DNA of 64,000 nt, taken from NCBI GenBank assembly GCA_038064475.1, contig JBBTTA010000002.1, positions 19,195-83,194 on the forward strand. The letters are read 5' to 3'. Source of the stretch: Patescibacteria group bacterium. Lineage in GTDB: Bacteria > Patescibacteriota > Minisyncoccia > Phycocordibacterales > EsbW-18. The notes below the pieces were generated by a model. The model did not search any database, was not told where the DNA came from, and saw only the letters and a list, made by a program, of their open reading frames with translations. This document shows positions 41,798-51,993 of the stretch, one piece after another. Position 1 is the stretch's first letter; each line of letters begins with the position of its first letter. The position numbers were made by a program, and so were the translations under genes.

Positions 41798-42571
41798 TCA
41801 CTCCTTCTGCGAAAGTAAGCCCCTAATCGCCTCTTTTGTGTCGATAAGTCCTAGGTCACTGACTGAGAGAACTGGAATATGGAGAGACAACACCGAGGAG
41901 TCATTTCCACCTTCAAATAAAGCGTCTCCGATATAGAGCACTTCTTCAGGTAAACGATTGAGGTGCTTCATGAGTCGCCCAAGTCCATACGCCTTATCCA
42001 CCCCTTTTCGTGTGACATCAATTGACGTTGTACCACCCATTTTTATAGAAAATTCAGTCAATAGCGGTGTGAGCTCGACGATAAGTCGTGTGCGTTTTGA
42101 AAAATTGGGATCCCAGTCTTTTTTGAAAGCCCGTGGAGCGTCTCCTCCCAACGCTGAAAAAGTTATCTGTGTTCCGCGATCTTCGATGAGATTTCCTTTG
42201 ATGGTAGGCGCATGCGCATCAAACCCCGTTGCGGCAAACGCAAGCTCAAACGCATCGTAGATTTGTTTTTTCTCGTTTTGGGTGAGCGACAATGCATATA
42301 AAGGTTGCCAGTCATTGTCTTCGTACGTATACAATGCCGCACCGCTCGTGGGAATAATAAAGATATTGCCGCGTTTTTCAGGAGCCACGTCCAGTGGTTC
42401 CACAACTTGTTCCAGACATTGTGGTAAAGCCGCCCCCGAGACAATTGCTACCTGCACGCGTTCTGCTAAACGAGAAAGGAGGTTCGCCATCTCATTATCA
42501 ATCATTGTTTTCGATTCGGTCAGCGTCTCGTCAATATCGAACACAACAAGTTTTGGAGAAGTATGCACCAT
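41798..42571 (-). CDS. HAD-superfamily hydrolase (IIB/Cof- or PMM-like)
   Basis: Motif I VVFDIDETLT. C-terminal GDALFEGGNDSS (motif IV-like). Confidence 0.6.
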   Translation of the reverse strand: MVHTSPKLVVFDIDETLTESKTMIDNEMANLLSRLAERVQVAIVSGAALPQCLEQVVEPLDVAPEKRGNIFIIPTSGAALYTYEDNDWQPLYALSLTQNEKKQIYDAFELAFAATGFDAHAPTIKGNLIEDRGTQITFSALGGDAPRAFKKDWDPNFSKRTRLIVELTPLLTEFSIKMGGTTSIDVTRKGVDKAYGLGRLMKHLNRLPEEVLYIGDALFEGGNDSSVLSLHIPVLSVSDLGLIDTKEAIRGLLSQKE

Positions 42572-42589
42572 GTATACAGTGTACCAGTT

Positions 42590-43852
42590 CTATGCGTGTG
42601 AGCCTGCTACATATCCCGTCGTCCAACACAGCTGAAGACTGTAGCCACCGGATGGTCTGTTTATATTCAGAACGTCCCCAATTACAAACAGTTTTGGAAC
42701 AATGCGCGATTCCATTGTTTTAAAATGAATTTCTTCGAGGAGAACGCCTCCCGCTGAGATAACTGCTTTGTCTGCGCCCAAAAGACCCTTCACATTGAGT
42801 GGAATTGCTTTGAGTGCAGAAACGATACGCGTACGTTCTTCGGTGCGAATACTGTGATTTGGTGTTTCTGTATCAATGTTGATGAGTTTAAGGAATGGTT
42901 CAACAGCTGCTTTTGGCATACATGCAGACAATGTGTTCTTTATTTTTTTATTTGATTCTTTCGTGAGAAGTTCTTGCACCAGTGCACGCACGAGGGCAGA
43001 ATCTTTTTTTGGGAAGAGATCAAGATTGATTGTCACTGTGCTGTGTTGCAACAATTCCCCTACTTCACTACTCATGTTGAGAACCGTTGGACCGCTGATG
43101 CCAAAATGTGTGAAGAGAAGTTTTCCTTTGTGTACGCTTTCCTTTTTTCCATTCACAAAAAGCGTGAGTTGAATGTTTTGTAATGTCACCCCACCGAGCT
43201 TTTTGGCCCAACTATCACTCAATTCAATCGGCACAAGGGCAAAATTGTTTTTTACAATCGTATGGCCGAGTTTTTTGAGCCAGACAAACCCTTCCCCTGT
43301 TGAACCTGTTTCTGGATGTGACAATCCTCCTGTCGCAACAATACATGCGCGTGCTGTGATTTCTTTTCCATTCGTGAGCGTGATAACAAAATGCTCATCA
43401 TTTTTTGTAATTCCCGCAACACCGCTTCGTGTCGCGACTTCAACCTTCCCCTTTTTCATGTACTCGAGGCATGCGTCCCAAATTGTTTTTGCTTTTTCAG
43501 TCTGTGGAAACATTCGTCCATCGTTTTCTTCTTTCAGAGGCACGTTGTGAGATTCAAAAAAATGAAAGCTTTCCTTCACCGCGAATTGTGAGAACGCAGA
43601 AAATAAGAATTTTCCGCTGTCTTGGTATTGCGCAAGCATGGCGCGCACGTCCTTCTTGTTGTTTGTCACATTACATCGTCCACCACCTGTAATGAGAAGT
43701 TTTTTGCCGAGTTTCTCGTTTTTTTCAAGAAGAAGCACTGATTTTCCTAATTGAGCAGATCTCCCCGCTGCCATCATGCCTGCGGGACCGCCACCAATCA
43801 CCACAACATCCCAAAGTTTCTCAATTCCCTTCTGTGCGTCTTTCTTTTTCAT
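42590..43852 (-). CDS. FAD-dependent oxidoreductase, HI0933/BaiN-like family
   Basis: VVVIGGGPAGMMAAGRSA dinucleotide-binding motif. LLITGGGRCNVTN is characteristic of the HI0933 family. Confidence 0.7.
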   Translation of the reverse strand: MKKKDAQKGIEKLWDVVVIGGGPAGMMAAGRSAQLGKSVLLLEKNEKLGKKLLITGGGRCNVTNNKKDVRAMLAQYQDSGKFLFSAFSQFAVKESFHFFESHNVPLKEENDGRMFPQTEKAKTIWDACLEYMKKGKVEVATRSGVAGITKNDEHFVITLTNGKEITARACIVATGGLSHPETGSTGEGFVWLKKLGHTIVKNNFALVPIELSDSWAKKLGGVTLQNIQLTLFVNGKKESVHKGKLLFTHFGISGPTVLNMSSEVGELLQHSTVTINLDLFPKKDSALVRALVQELLTKESNKKIKNTLSACMPKAAVEPFLKLINIDTETPNHSIRTEERTRIVSALKAIPLNVKGLLGADKAVISAGGVLLEEIHFKTMESRIVPKLFVIGDVLNINRPSGGYSLQLCWTTGYVAGSHA

Positions 43853-44009
43853 GAATTTCCCTCAAGTGTACGGGCTTTTTGTTAAAACCGCTATTCAGAG
43901 CAAAAAATGCTACACTGCGTACTCATGAACCATTCAAAGAAGAAACCCCTCCATAAAAAGCGTCCGAACGCCAAAAACGCCGTTGTATACGAGGACCCTA
44001 CGTTTCCTA

Positions 44010-44695
44010 TGCGTATCAATAAGTACCTCGCATGGAAGAAGCACTCAACGCGCCGTGGTGCTGATGAAATGATTGAAAAAGGTCAGGTTCTGCTCAATGG
44101 AAAGCGTGCCGCCCTTGGGGATAAGGTTACTGAAACAGATGTTATTGAAGTTCGTTTCAGAGTTAAACCAAAACCCTACGTTTATTTTGCATACCACAAA
44201 CCTCGCGGTATTGTGACCCACTCCCCTGTGCGTGGTGAGCGTGATATCAAATCACAAGTAAAGATGTCTGACGTCTTTCCCGTTGGACGCCTTGATAAAG
44301 ATTCATCTGGTCTCGTTATTCTTACAAACGATGGACGTATCACTGATCGTCTCTTGAGCCCACGCTATGATCACGAAAAAGAGTATCTCGTGACAACAAA
44401 AAATCCTTTGCGATCAAGTTTCCAAGCAAAAATGGAAGCGGGTGTGCAGATTGAAGATGAAATGACAGCACCATGTCGCGTAAAAATTCTTGATGACCGT
44501 ACATTCCAAGTCATTTTGACTGAAGGAAAAAAACATCAGATTCGTCGTATGTGTGTCGCCCTCTTCCAAGAAGTAGATACGCTCGAGAGATTGCGTGTCA
44601 TGAATATCGAATTGGGGGCGCTCGCTCCAAACTCACACCGAAAAATTACGGGCGATGAACTCAAAAAGTTTCTCGAGCTCCTTGATCTCGCCTAA
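44010..44695 (+). CDS. Pseudouridine synthase, RsuA/RluB family, with S4 domain
   Basis: MRINKYLA S4 start. HKPRGIVTHS. Catalytic VGRLDKDSSGLVILTNDG. The ORF track begins at 43907. Confidence 0.75.
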
Positions 44696-44697
44696 GT

Positions 44698-46197
44698 CTA
44701 GTGTGTCATTGTTCCCTTTCCAAGATCGAGTATTTCGTCGATTCTAATTTGTGCGACAAATTCCGGAACGTGAGAAACAAGTACCATTGCTCCTTGGTAT
44801 GCATCGAGTGCTTTTGCGATTTCAGGAATGTGACGGAAGTTAATGTGGTTTGTTGGCTCGTCTAAGATAAGAAGTCCTGGTTTTTCAAGCACAAGCTGGG
44901 CAAATGCAACCAACCCTTTTTGTCCTTCAGAAAGTGCGCCGATTTTTGTATTCATCACATCTCCCGTAATCAAAAACCCTGCTGCTGTCGCACGCATCTT
45001 TTCCTCATCTTTTCGCTCCATTGCAGATGAGAGTGATTCAAACACTGTCTGTTCAAAATTGAGTGTAGAAAAATCCTGACGGTAATACCCAACCTTCACC
45101 CCAGCGCTGATTGAGGCTCCTTCTGCTGTTCCTTTTGCCATTGATTCAAGAAGTGTCGATTTTCCAATACCGTTTGGGCCGCTCAACAACAAATGATTTC
45201 CGCGCTTCAAAAGAATGTTCGCCTTCTTGGTGACGGGCTTATGCGTTTTTGGATTCATGATGCCGTACGACGTAATCTTGATGATGTCTCCCGTAAGATT
45301 TTCTTGCACCGGAATTGTGAACGAGCGTATCGTTTTATCTTCCTTGCGCACATCCACAATCTCTTCTTCAAGCTCTTCGGCTTCTTCGCGCATACGTTTT
45401 GCAACCAAACGCATCTTTCCTCCCTTAAATGCAAAGAAGTTCGCTTTATCTTTGTTATCTTGAATTTTTTTCTCGAGTTGAGCGTTCTTACGGTTTTCTC
45501 GTTCAACACGCGCGGTAATGTCGTTCAACACATTAAAATAGTTTCCTGAATACTGTTCAACTTTTTTTGTGTGCACATCGAGATACAAAACGGTGTCGGT
45601 AAATGCATTCAAAAAATCTGCATCGTGAGAAATAACGATAACTGTTTTTTTATAGTTCACGAGGAAACTCGTAAGGTGTTCAATCCCCGCTTTGTCGAGA
45701 TTGTTTGTTGGCTCGTCGAGAAGAAGCAAGTCTGGATCTTGAATGAGTGCTGATGCAAGAAGAAGACGTGCCTGTTGACCACCAGAGAACGTTCGAATAA
45801 TTCTATCGTGGAGTTTTTCGTGTCCCTTCAAGTTCACTACTTCAAGTACCCCATCAATTCGAGGATCTATATCGTAAACTTTTTGTGTAAATCGACGTTC
45901 AAAAAAGGCGCGGACCGTGAGCTCCATTTCGTCACGCGGAATAACTTGGCGAGAAATAGCGATTGTAAGTCCTGGAGTTTTGACAACCTTTCCTGATTCA
46001 GGAGTAAGACTTCCGGTGATGAGGTGAAAAATCGTGCTCTTTCCGGCACCGTTTTGTCCCATGAATGTGCTTTTCGTTCCTCGACGTACAGAAAAATCCA
46101 CCTCATCCAAGATGGGCTTCATTGCGCCGTACTCAAACGAGACGCCTTCAAACAAAACAATGGTGTCGTTTTTTGCCATGTCGTAGCACCATAGCAC
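44698..46197 (-). CDS. ABC-F family ATPase (duplicated ATP-binding cassette; translation factor-type)
   Basis: Two Walker A boxes (GQNGAGKST, GPNGIGKST) and two LSGGQ-like signatures (FSGGQQ, LSEGQ). No TM domain. Confidence 0.8.
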   Translation of the reverse strand: MLWCYDMAKNDTIVLFEGVSFEYGAMKPILDEVDFSVRRGTKSTFMGQNGAGKSTIFHLITGSLTPESGKVVKTPGLTIAISRQVIPRDEMELTVRAFFERRFTQKVYDIDPRIDGVLEVVNLKGHEKLHDRIIRTFSGGQQARLLLASALIQDPDLLLLDEPTNNLDKAGIEHLTSFLVNYKKTVIVISHDADFLNAFTDTVLYLDVHTKKVEQYSGNYFNVLNDITARVERENRKNAQLEKKIQDNKDKANFFAFKGGKMRLVAKRMREEAEELEEEIVDVRKEDKTIRSFTIPVQENLTGDIIKITSYGIMNPKTHKPVTKKANILLKRGNHLLLSGPNGIGKSTLLESMAKGTAEGASISAGVKVGYYRQDFSTLNFEQTVFESLSSAMERKDEEKMRATAAGFLITGDVMNTKIGALSEGQKGLVAFAQLVLEKPGLLILDEPTNHINFRHIPEIAKALDAYQGAMVLVSHVPEFVAQIRIDEILDLGKGTMTH

Positions 46198-46206
46198 ATT
46201 TTTTCC

Positions 46207-46455
46207 TCAAAAACTGTATCCCTGTGCCAATGCGAGCTTCTGTGGTCTCGTCATCTTTTTTATTTCTGCTTCTCGTTTGGAAGCGGTGCTTCTGTTTTTA
46301 TGTTTCTCTGTATAGATAATCTTTACTGGTTTTTTGGCACGTGTGTATTTACTTGCACTTCCTTTTACGTGTTCGAAAAATCTCCGCTTCACATCAGTTG
46401 TAATGCCAGTGTAGAGCGTGTTGTCGGCACACGTAAGAATGTAGAGAAAATACAT
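46207..46455 (-). CDS. GIY-YIG nuclease-domain protein (82 aa)
   Basis: YFLYILTCADNTLYTGITTDVKRR is the GIY-YIG motif. Confidence 0.7.
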   Translation of the reverse strand: MYFLYILTCADNTLYTGITTDVKRRFFEHVKGSASKYTRAKKPVKIIYTEKHKNRSTASKREAEIKKMTRPQKLALAQGYSF

Positions 46456-46461
46456 ACTTAA

Positions 46462-46713
46462 TTAACGATGAGAACACCCCGCCCAGCAACACGGCCTACG
46501 CATACCTCCCTTCATCTTTGAGAGCGCTTTTTTGATCCGAATATTCCTTGTTTCTTCTTTTTTCCCGGAGATAACCCAACAGATCCACTCATTGCGTGCG
46601 AGAGGTGTTATATCTTCCCATAATGCCCTCACTGCAGGTATTGAAACAAGAGCTCTTTCAAGGTCTTTTGGCAGTGTGTGTACCGTACCGCTAGGAATTC
46701 TTTTTTTAGTCAT
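46462..46713 (-). CDS. YdeI/OmpD-associated-like small protein
   Basis: WICWVISGKKEETRNIRIKKAL...GGMRRPC resembles the YdeI family. Low certainty. Confidence 0.35.
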   Translation of the reverse strand: MTKKRIPSGTVHTLPKDLERALVSIPAVRALWEDITPLARNEWICWVISGKKEETRNIRIKKALSKMKGGMRRPCCWAGCSHR

Positions 46714-46724
46714 GTGATTTATTT

Positions 46725-47504
46725 CTAGTCCTTCCGCGCCAGAATCGTAAGAAACATCGGAAATTCTTTGCGAGCGGTATCTTCTGCTTTCGCGCGAGGT
46801 CCTCGTTCGCTTTGTTTATGAGAAATCCATTCTTCAAGCCCAGTAACTGAAAATCGCGCAACACGAAGCGCTTTGAAATAATCTTGGAGAGGACGATGGA
46901 ACGATACTGTATGAATTTTTTTATTCCCCAATTCCTCACTAGGGGTCATATCAACTTTTATAGAAAATGGAGTTCCGTAGGCATCAATTCGTCGGTATTG
47001 AGTGCCTTTCGTTTCGTCATATCCCCATGCAGATGCTTTGAGAATTCTAAAGCAAGGATGGTTGAGAACAACGACAAGTGTGCCCCCTTTCACCAACGCT
47101 CGTGACGCTTCTTTAAGAGCTTGTGGCATCTCTTTAATGTTTTGGAGTGCGAGCACAATAAGCGCTCCATCAAATGATCCACTTGTAGCGGGAGTAAGCG
47201 CTTCTGCAGGAGCTACTGCAAAGCGAAGATTTTTACCTTCATAACTTTTTGCGTACGCTACGAGTTCAGGAGAAACATCTACTCCAAGAACAGTAGCGCC
47301 ACCGTCGGCATACATTTTTGAAAAGAAACCTTGTCCGCACGCAATATCTAAAATACGCTTTCCCTTTGGCGGCAAAAGACGAAGCAGGTTCGGCAAAACA
47401 ATTTTGAGTTGGTAAGTGTCTGACCCTCCAAGCATTTCGTCATACCACGGAGCAACTGGTCCCCATGAAGTCTTTCTGCTTTTTGGTGTTTTGATTTTTT
47501 TCAT
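46725..47504 (-). CDS. Class I SAM-dependent methyltransferase
   Basis: Motif I ILDIACGQGFF. Post-I motif. Confidence 0.7.
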   Translation of the reverse strand: MKKIKTPKSRKTSWGPVAPWYDEMLGGSDTYQLKIVLPNLLRLLPPKGKRILDIACGQGFFSKMYADGGATVLGVDVSPELVAYAKSYEGKNLRFAVAPAEALTPATSGSFDGALIVLALQNIKEMPQALKEASRALVKGGTLVVVLNHPCFRILKASAWGYDETKGTQYRRIDAYGTPFSIKVDMTPSEELGNKKIHTVSFHRPLQDYFKALRVARFSVTGLEEWISHKQSERGPRAKAEDTARKEFPMFLTILARKD

Positions 47505-47574
47505 GTATCTCTAGTGTAACAAAATAAATGTCATATCTTGAAAAAAGCTCAAATTTGGGGCATTATGAGCGAAC

Positions 47575-47645
47575 TGCGGGATCGTCTAATGGTAGGACAT
47601 ATGCCTCTGGAGCATAGTATCTTGGTTCGAGTCCAAGTCCCGCAA
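47575..47645 (+). tRNA. tRNA-Gln (CTG)
   Basis: TGCGGGA-TC-GTCT-AATGGTA-GGAC-A-TATGC-CTCTGGA-GCATA-GTAT-CTTGG-TTCGAGT-CCAAG-TCCCGCA-A. U1-A72 is typical of tRNA-Gln. Confidence 0.8.
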
Positions 47646-47686
47646 AACAATGTTCGGTGAAGGAGAGCCTGTAAAAAACCCGTCGA

Positions 47687-47905
47687 CTACAGCTCTTTGA
47701 ATTCTTTGAGATCTTTGTCAGGAAGATACAAAACAAGAAGACCTATAATGATACCTCCGATCGCCAAAAAGTCATGGTTTCCGTTAAAAGCGACTCGGTC
47801 AACAGCATCAAGGGTATACCAAATACCACGCCATACGAGAACAACACCCACGATGATAGAAGTGTCGCGTGCAAGCTGGCGTACTGTTTCGCGTCGTTTG
47901 GCCAT
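47687..47905 (-). CDS. Small membrane protein (72 aa)
   Basis: Two TM segments. Complete ORF. Confidence 0.35.
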   Translation of the reverse strand: MAKRRETVRQLARDTSIIVGVVLVWRGIWYTLDAVDRVAFNGNHDFLAIGGIIIGLLVLYLPDKDLKEFKEL

Positions 47906-47924
47906 AGTGTAACTATTTTTATGC

Positions 47925-48851
47925 TTATGCCTTCAAGTAGCGTCTGACGGCCATAAAACTTGAGACTGCGCCGAGGACAATGCCTGCTCCCATGATAATG
48001 AGAAAGATTTGTCCAAAGTTGTCTGCGTAGTAATCAAAGATATTGATTGCACCGAAAAAACGAGATGTGAATGGACCAAGCCAAATCGTGAGCGGGTAGA
48101 AAATAATGAGCGATATAACACCCGCAACAACACCGTACATAATTCCTTCAACCACAAACGGACCACGAACATACCACGAACCTGCACCCACCAAACGCAT
48201 CACAGAAATTTCTTCACGTGCTGTGTAAATTGCAAGACGAATTGTGTTGAAAGTAATGATGAGCGACAAGACGATAAGCACGATGCTGATTGCAAATCCG
48301 AGTGTTTCTGCTGAATTAATAATTTCTGAGAGTTTTTCAATAACATTCTTGTTATCAAAATAGTTTACTTCCTGAATGATAACGCGCTGTCCTGCCCCAA
48401 GTGCTGCAGCACTTTCCAAGAAATCTGAAATCGTGCCGTATTGCGATGGCTCCCGTGCTTTGATATTAAAGACTGCACCCAATGGGTTATCGGGAAGCTC
48501 TGACAACGCGTTCAAAATAATTTGATCGTCTGCGTGTCGTTCCTCAAATTCAGCGAGTGCTTGTTCGCGTGTCACATATTCAACAAGCGCAACTTCCGGA
48601 AGCGTTTCGAGAGATTTTTTCAACGTCAAAATGTCTTCTTCAGGAGCGTCTGTCAAAAAGTATACGTTCACGTCAACCTTTGCCTGCAATTCTTGCAATG
48701 ACGTGTCGAGCATTGCACGTAAGAACACCACAGAGCCGAGTGTGAAAAGTGTCACAAGCATGATAAGCACGGCTGCAAACGACACAAAACCATTACGCCA
48801 GAAATTCACGAAACCTGCTTTCAATATTCTTTTTGTATTTATCCAAAACAT
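47925..48851 (-). CDS. ftsX: Cell-division ABC transporter permease FtsX
   Basis: 4-TM FtsX-like topology with a large periplasmic loop. Immediately downstream of ftsE. Confidence 0.8.
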   Translation of the reverse strand: MFWINTKRILKAGFVNFWRNGFVSFAAVLIMLVTLFTLGSVVFLRAMLDTSLQELQAKVDVNVYFLTDAPEEDILTLKKSLETLPEVALVEYVTREQALAEFEERHADDQIILNALSELPDNPLGAVFNIKAREPSQYGTISDFLESAAALGAGQRVIIQEVNYFDNKNVIEKLSEIINSAETLGFAISIVLIVLSLIITFNTIRLAIYTAREEISVMRLVGAGSWYVRGPFVVEGIMYGVVAGVISLIIFYPLTIWLGPFTSRFFGAINIFDYYADNFGQIFLIIMGAGIVLGAVSSFMAVRRYLKA

Positions 48852-48863
48852 TAGAGTATTTGA

Positions 48864-49550
48864 TTACATAACGTAACGTCCTTCAGCATCGTCACGCACA
48901 ATTCTTCCCTTCTCCATAGTAATCACACGCTTTCCAAGACTGTCGATGACGCCCTTATTGTGTGTTGTCAAAAGCACCGTCGTACCCAAATCATTAATCT
49001 TTTTCAAAATCTGCACGACTTCAAATGTGTTCAAAGGATCGAGGTTTCCTGTAGGTTCGTCGGCAACAAGGACGTCTGGCTGGTTCACGATAGCGCGAGC
49101 AATAGCAAGGCGCTGTTTCTCACCACCGGACATCTGGTGTGGAAACTTCCATGCTTTGTCCGCAAGACCCACGAGCTCAAGCGCATACGGCACATCACTT
49201 TCGATTTCATCGTCGTGCTTTCCTGCTGCTTCCATGGCAAATGCGATGTTTTCAAATGCTGTTTTGTTGGGAAGCAAACGAAAATCTTGGAAAATCATAC
49301 CAATGCGGCGGCGCATGTCACTAATGTCTCTTCGTGCGAGTTCATTAATATTTTGGTCACCAAGAAGAACCGCCCCCTCTGTTGGGTACTCTTCAGCAAG
49401 AAGGAGTTTCAAAAGTGTTGTTTTGCCTGCGCCCGAATGCCCCACAATAGAGACAAACTCCGCTGGTTCTATGCTGAAAGAGACATCCTGCAGCGCAACA
49501 GAACTGTCGTCGTATGTTTTTGATACGTTGTCGAATTGAATCATGCTCAT
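48864..49550 (-). CDS. ftsE: Cell-division ABC transporter ATPase FtsE
   Basis: Walker A GHSGAGKTT. Signature MSGGEKQRLAIARA. Walker B VLVADEPT. Confidence 0.85.
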   Translation of the reverse strand: MSMIQFDNVSKTYDDSSVALQDVSFSIEPAEFVSIVGHSGAGKTTLLKLLLAEEYPTEGAVLLGDQNINELARRDISDMRRRIGMIFQDFRLLPNKTAFENIAFAMEAAGKHDDEIESDVPYALELVGLADKAWKFPHQMSGGEKQRLAIARAIVNQPDVLVADEPTGNLDPLNTFEVVQILKKINDLGTTVLLTTHNKGVIDSLGKRVITMEKGRIVRDDAEGRYVM

Positions 49551-49587
49551 GTTTCCCTATAAGTATACACTACTCATTTATCTCGTG

Positions 49588-50469
49588 TTACAAATCCTTC
49601 TCTGCTTCAATAAATTCGTCGAGGTCACCGTCATCAAGAATTTTTTCAACATCACGTACTTCCACATTCGTGCGGTGATCTTTCACCATTTTGTACGGAT
49701 GTATGACATATGAACGAATTTGGTTTCCCCATTCCGCATCAGTCGTTGCTGCAATTGAATGTCCACGTGCAATCTTTTTTCCCTCTTCCTCGCGTTTATG
49801 ATACAACTTCGCTTTCAAAATTTCTAGCGCGTAGGCACGGTTTTGCGCCTGACTTCGCTCCGTATCAACGTGTGCGGATAACCCCGTCGGCGTGTGCACC
49901 ATACGCACCGCTGTTTCGCGTTTGTTAACGTTTTGTCCACCTGGTCCCGATGAGCGTGTAAATTGTATATCCAACTCAGATTCGGGAATTTCAATATCAA
50001 TCGTGCCATCCGTTTTCGGTAACACTTCAACCATCGCAAATGACGTGTGTCGTTGCTCTTTTGCATTGAACGGTGAGATGCGCACGAGACGATGCACACC
50101 TGATTCATTCTTGAGAGTGCCATACGCATCCTTACCCACAACTTCAAACGTAATGTTGCGCACACCATTGTGATCGTTTCGATTGCTGTGTACCAATATC
50201 GTTGACCATTTTTTGCGCGCAAAGTATGCGACGTACATATCAAGGAGCATGCGAGCAAAATCTTCCGCATCAAGTCCACCGGCACCAGAAAAAATAGTGA
50301 CGATAGCGTTTCCCTTGTCGTACTTCCCCTTTCCTTCTGCTTTGAGTTTGAGTTCTTGATACTCACGAACAACAGCCTGTGCGGAATCTTTATCGCCCCA
50401 AAAATGAGGCGCCTGCATCTCTGCTTCTATGCGTGTAATTTGAGCTTGGATGTCGTTTTCTTCTTTCAT
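49588..50469 (-). CDS. prfB: Peptide chain release factor 2 (short N-terminus; no frameshift site seen)
   Basis: GGQ motif SGPGGQNVNK. RF2-specific SPF tripeptide (RISPFNA). Confidence 0.8.
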   Translation of the reverse strand: MKEENDIQAQITRIEAEMQAPHFWGDKDSAQAVVREYQELKLKAEGKGKYDKGNAIVTIFSGAGGLDAEDFARMLLDMYVAYFARKKWSTILVHSNRNDHNGVRNITFEVVGKDAYGTLKNESGVHRLVRISPFNAKEQRHTSFAMVEVLPKTDGTIDIEIPESELDIQFTRSSGPGGQNVNKRETAVRMVHTPTGLSAHVDTERSQAQNRAYALEILKAKLYHKREEEGKKIARGHSIAATTDAEWGNQIRSYVIHPYKMVKDHRTNVEVRDVEKILDDGDLDEFIEAEKDL

Positions 50470-50515
50470 ATAGTGAGTGCCTCTTAAAGGAGGCTCGCAC
50501 TTATTTTAGCAAAAA

Positions 50516-50591
50516 TGGAGCCACCTCCCAGGATTGAACTGGGGACCTCTACTTTACGAAAGTAGCGCTCTACCAACTGAGCTAAGGTGGC
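50516..50591 (-). tRNA. tRNA-Thr (CGT), CCA encoded
   Basis: Reverse complement: GCCACCT-TA-GCTC-AGTTGGTA-GAGC-G-CTACT-TTCGTAA-AGTAG-AGGTC-CCCAG-TTCAATC-CTGGG-AGGTGGC-T-CCA. Confidence 0.85.
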
Positions 50592-50630
50592 AATACACAT
50601 GATTTTACCACGATTTTTTGATGTATAAAA

Positions 50631-50658
50631 CAAAAACCACCGAGAGGTGGTTTTTGTT
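50631..50658 (-). terminator. Terminator CCACCGAGAGGTGG with flanking A/T tracts
   Basis: Downstream of the acidic-protein gene, before tRNA-Thr. A second imperfect long palindrome is at 50663-50700. Confidence 0.5.
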
Positions 50659-50716
50659 TATATCTTGATTCTTGACCTGCCCGTCCGGCAGGCGGGTTCA
50701 AGATTCTTGACTCTAC

Positions 50717-51814
50717 CTAGAGTTCGTCAACTGCGTCGTCTGCAAGCTCTTCTGCTTCTTCGGCAGATTCAACTGCTTCATCCCAGTCTTCGTCATCAAA
50801 TGCAGTTTCAGCGTCTGCCAATAGGTCTTCGGCGTCGTCGAGAAGTGCCTGTGCATCGTCGATGTCGTCTTGGTCGGCGTCATCGTCCTCTGCTTCATCA
50901 ATTGCGTCTTGTGCATCGTCAATTGCTTCCTGTGCGTCATCAATGGCGTCCTCTGCGTCGTTTTCATCGTTGTCTTCGTCACCACCATTGTCTTCAAGCT
51001 CATCCTGCGCATCCATTGCGCTCTCGCGAGCATCGCGCGCAAGGTTCTTTGCATCCATCAAATCGCCATCTGCGAAGGCGTCCTGTGCGTCTTGGAATAG
51101 CCCCTCCGCTTCATCGAGAAGCACCTGTGCGTCGTCGATGTCGTCTTGGTCGGCGTCATCGTCCTCTGCTTCATCAATTGCGTCTTGTGCCTCTTCGATC
51201 TCACGATCTGCTTGCTGAAGTGCTACTTGGACGTCTTGTCGAAGAAGTCCTGAGTTGCCTCCTGCCTGAAGGATCTGGTCTTGGAGCAATGCAATCAATT
51301 GCTCAAGAAGCTCTTGAATACGTGCGCGAAGAACGTCTTCGGCTTTTCCTTTTCCACTGTTGTCTTCATCCTCATCGTCATCATCCTCATCTTCGTCGTC
51401 ATCATCCTCATCTTCGTCGTCGTCATCCTCGTCTTCATCATCGTCATCGTCATCACTGTCGTCCTCTAACACGTCCTCTGCTTCGTCAGCAAAGTCCTCT
51501 GCATCCTCCGCAGATTCAACTGCTTCGTCCCAGTCTTCGTCGTCGAATGCTGTTTCAGCGTCAGCGAGTGCGTCTTCGGCGTCTTCGACAAGCGCCTGTG
51601 CGTCATCGACGTCACTTTGGTCTATGTCTTCGTCGCTATCTGCTTCGTCGATTGCATCCTGTGCATCATCAATCGCTTCTTCAGCGTCATCGATGGCCTC
51701 TTGTGCATCTTCTTCCGTTGCAGCTGCATGTACACCCGCTGGGACAAGAAGTCCGAGCCCAAGAGCAAAGAGCACGAATGCTCCACCTATAAATGCTAGA
51801 AATCGTTTATCCAT
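50717..51814 (-). CDS. Secreted highly acidic low-complexity repeat protein (365 aa)
   Basis: Signal peptide MDKRFLAFIGGAFVLFALGLGLLVPAGVHA. Repeated AQEAIDDAQDAIDEAEDDDADQDDIDDAQ units and a poly(D/E) block. The plus-strand ORF 50647..51792 is its mirror artefact. Confidence 0.5.
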   Translation of the reverse strand: MDKRFLAFIGGAFVLFALGLGLLVPAGVHAAATEEDAQEAIDDAEEAIDDAQDAIDEADSDEDIDQSDVDDAQALVEDAEDALADAETAFDDEDWDEAVESAEDAEDFADEAEDVLEDDSDDDDDDEDEDDDDEDEDDDDEDEDDDDEDEDNSGKGKAEDVLRARIQELLEQLIALLQDQILQAGGNSGLLRQDVQVALQQADREIEEAQDAIDEAEDDDADQDDIDDAQVLLDEAEGLFQDAQDAFADGDLMDAKNLARDARESAMDAQDELEDNGGDEDNDENDAEDAIDDAQEAIDDAQDAIDEAEDDDADQDDIDDAQALLDDAEDLLADAETAFDDEDWDEAVESAEEAEELADDAVDEL

Positions 51815-51993
51815 AAAAAAATATATTACTGATAACCCTTCTTAGTATATGCACACAACTTGTAAAAGATTACACGCTAGCGCTCATGCTGAGCGCCGGT
51901 GAGATTTTAGTATAGAGGATTTTTATTATTTTTTCATGAATAAAAGCCCCAAAAGTGAATACCTCACTTCTAGGGCTTAAAATAAAGGACCGA

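Noticed and set aside
50647-51792. 381-aa plus-strand ORF rich in Arg/His/Leu
   Set aside because: It is the mirror reading of the low-complexity acidic-repeat gene on the minus strand. It has no signal, RBS or terminator logic. The minus-strand gene has a signal peptide and a terminator.
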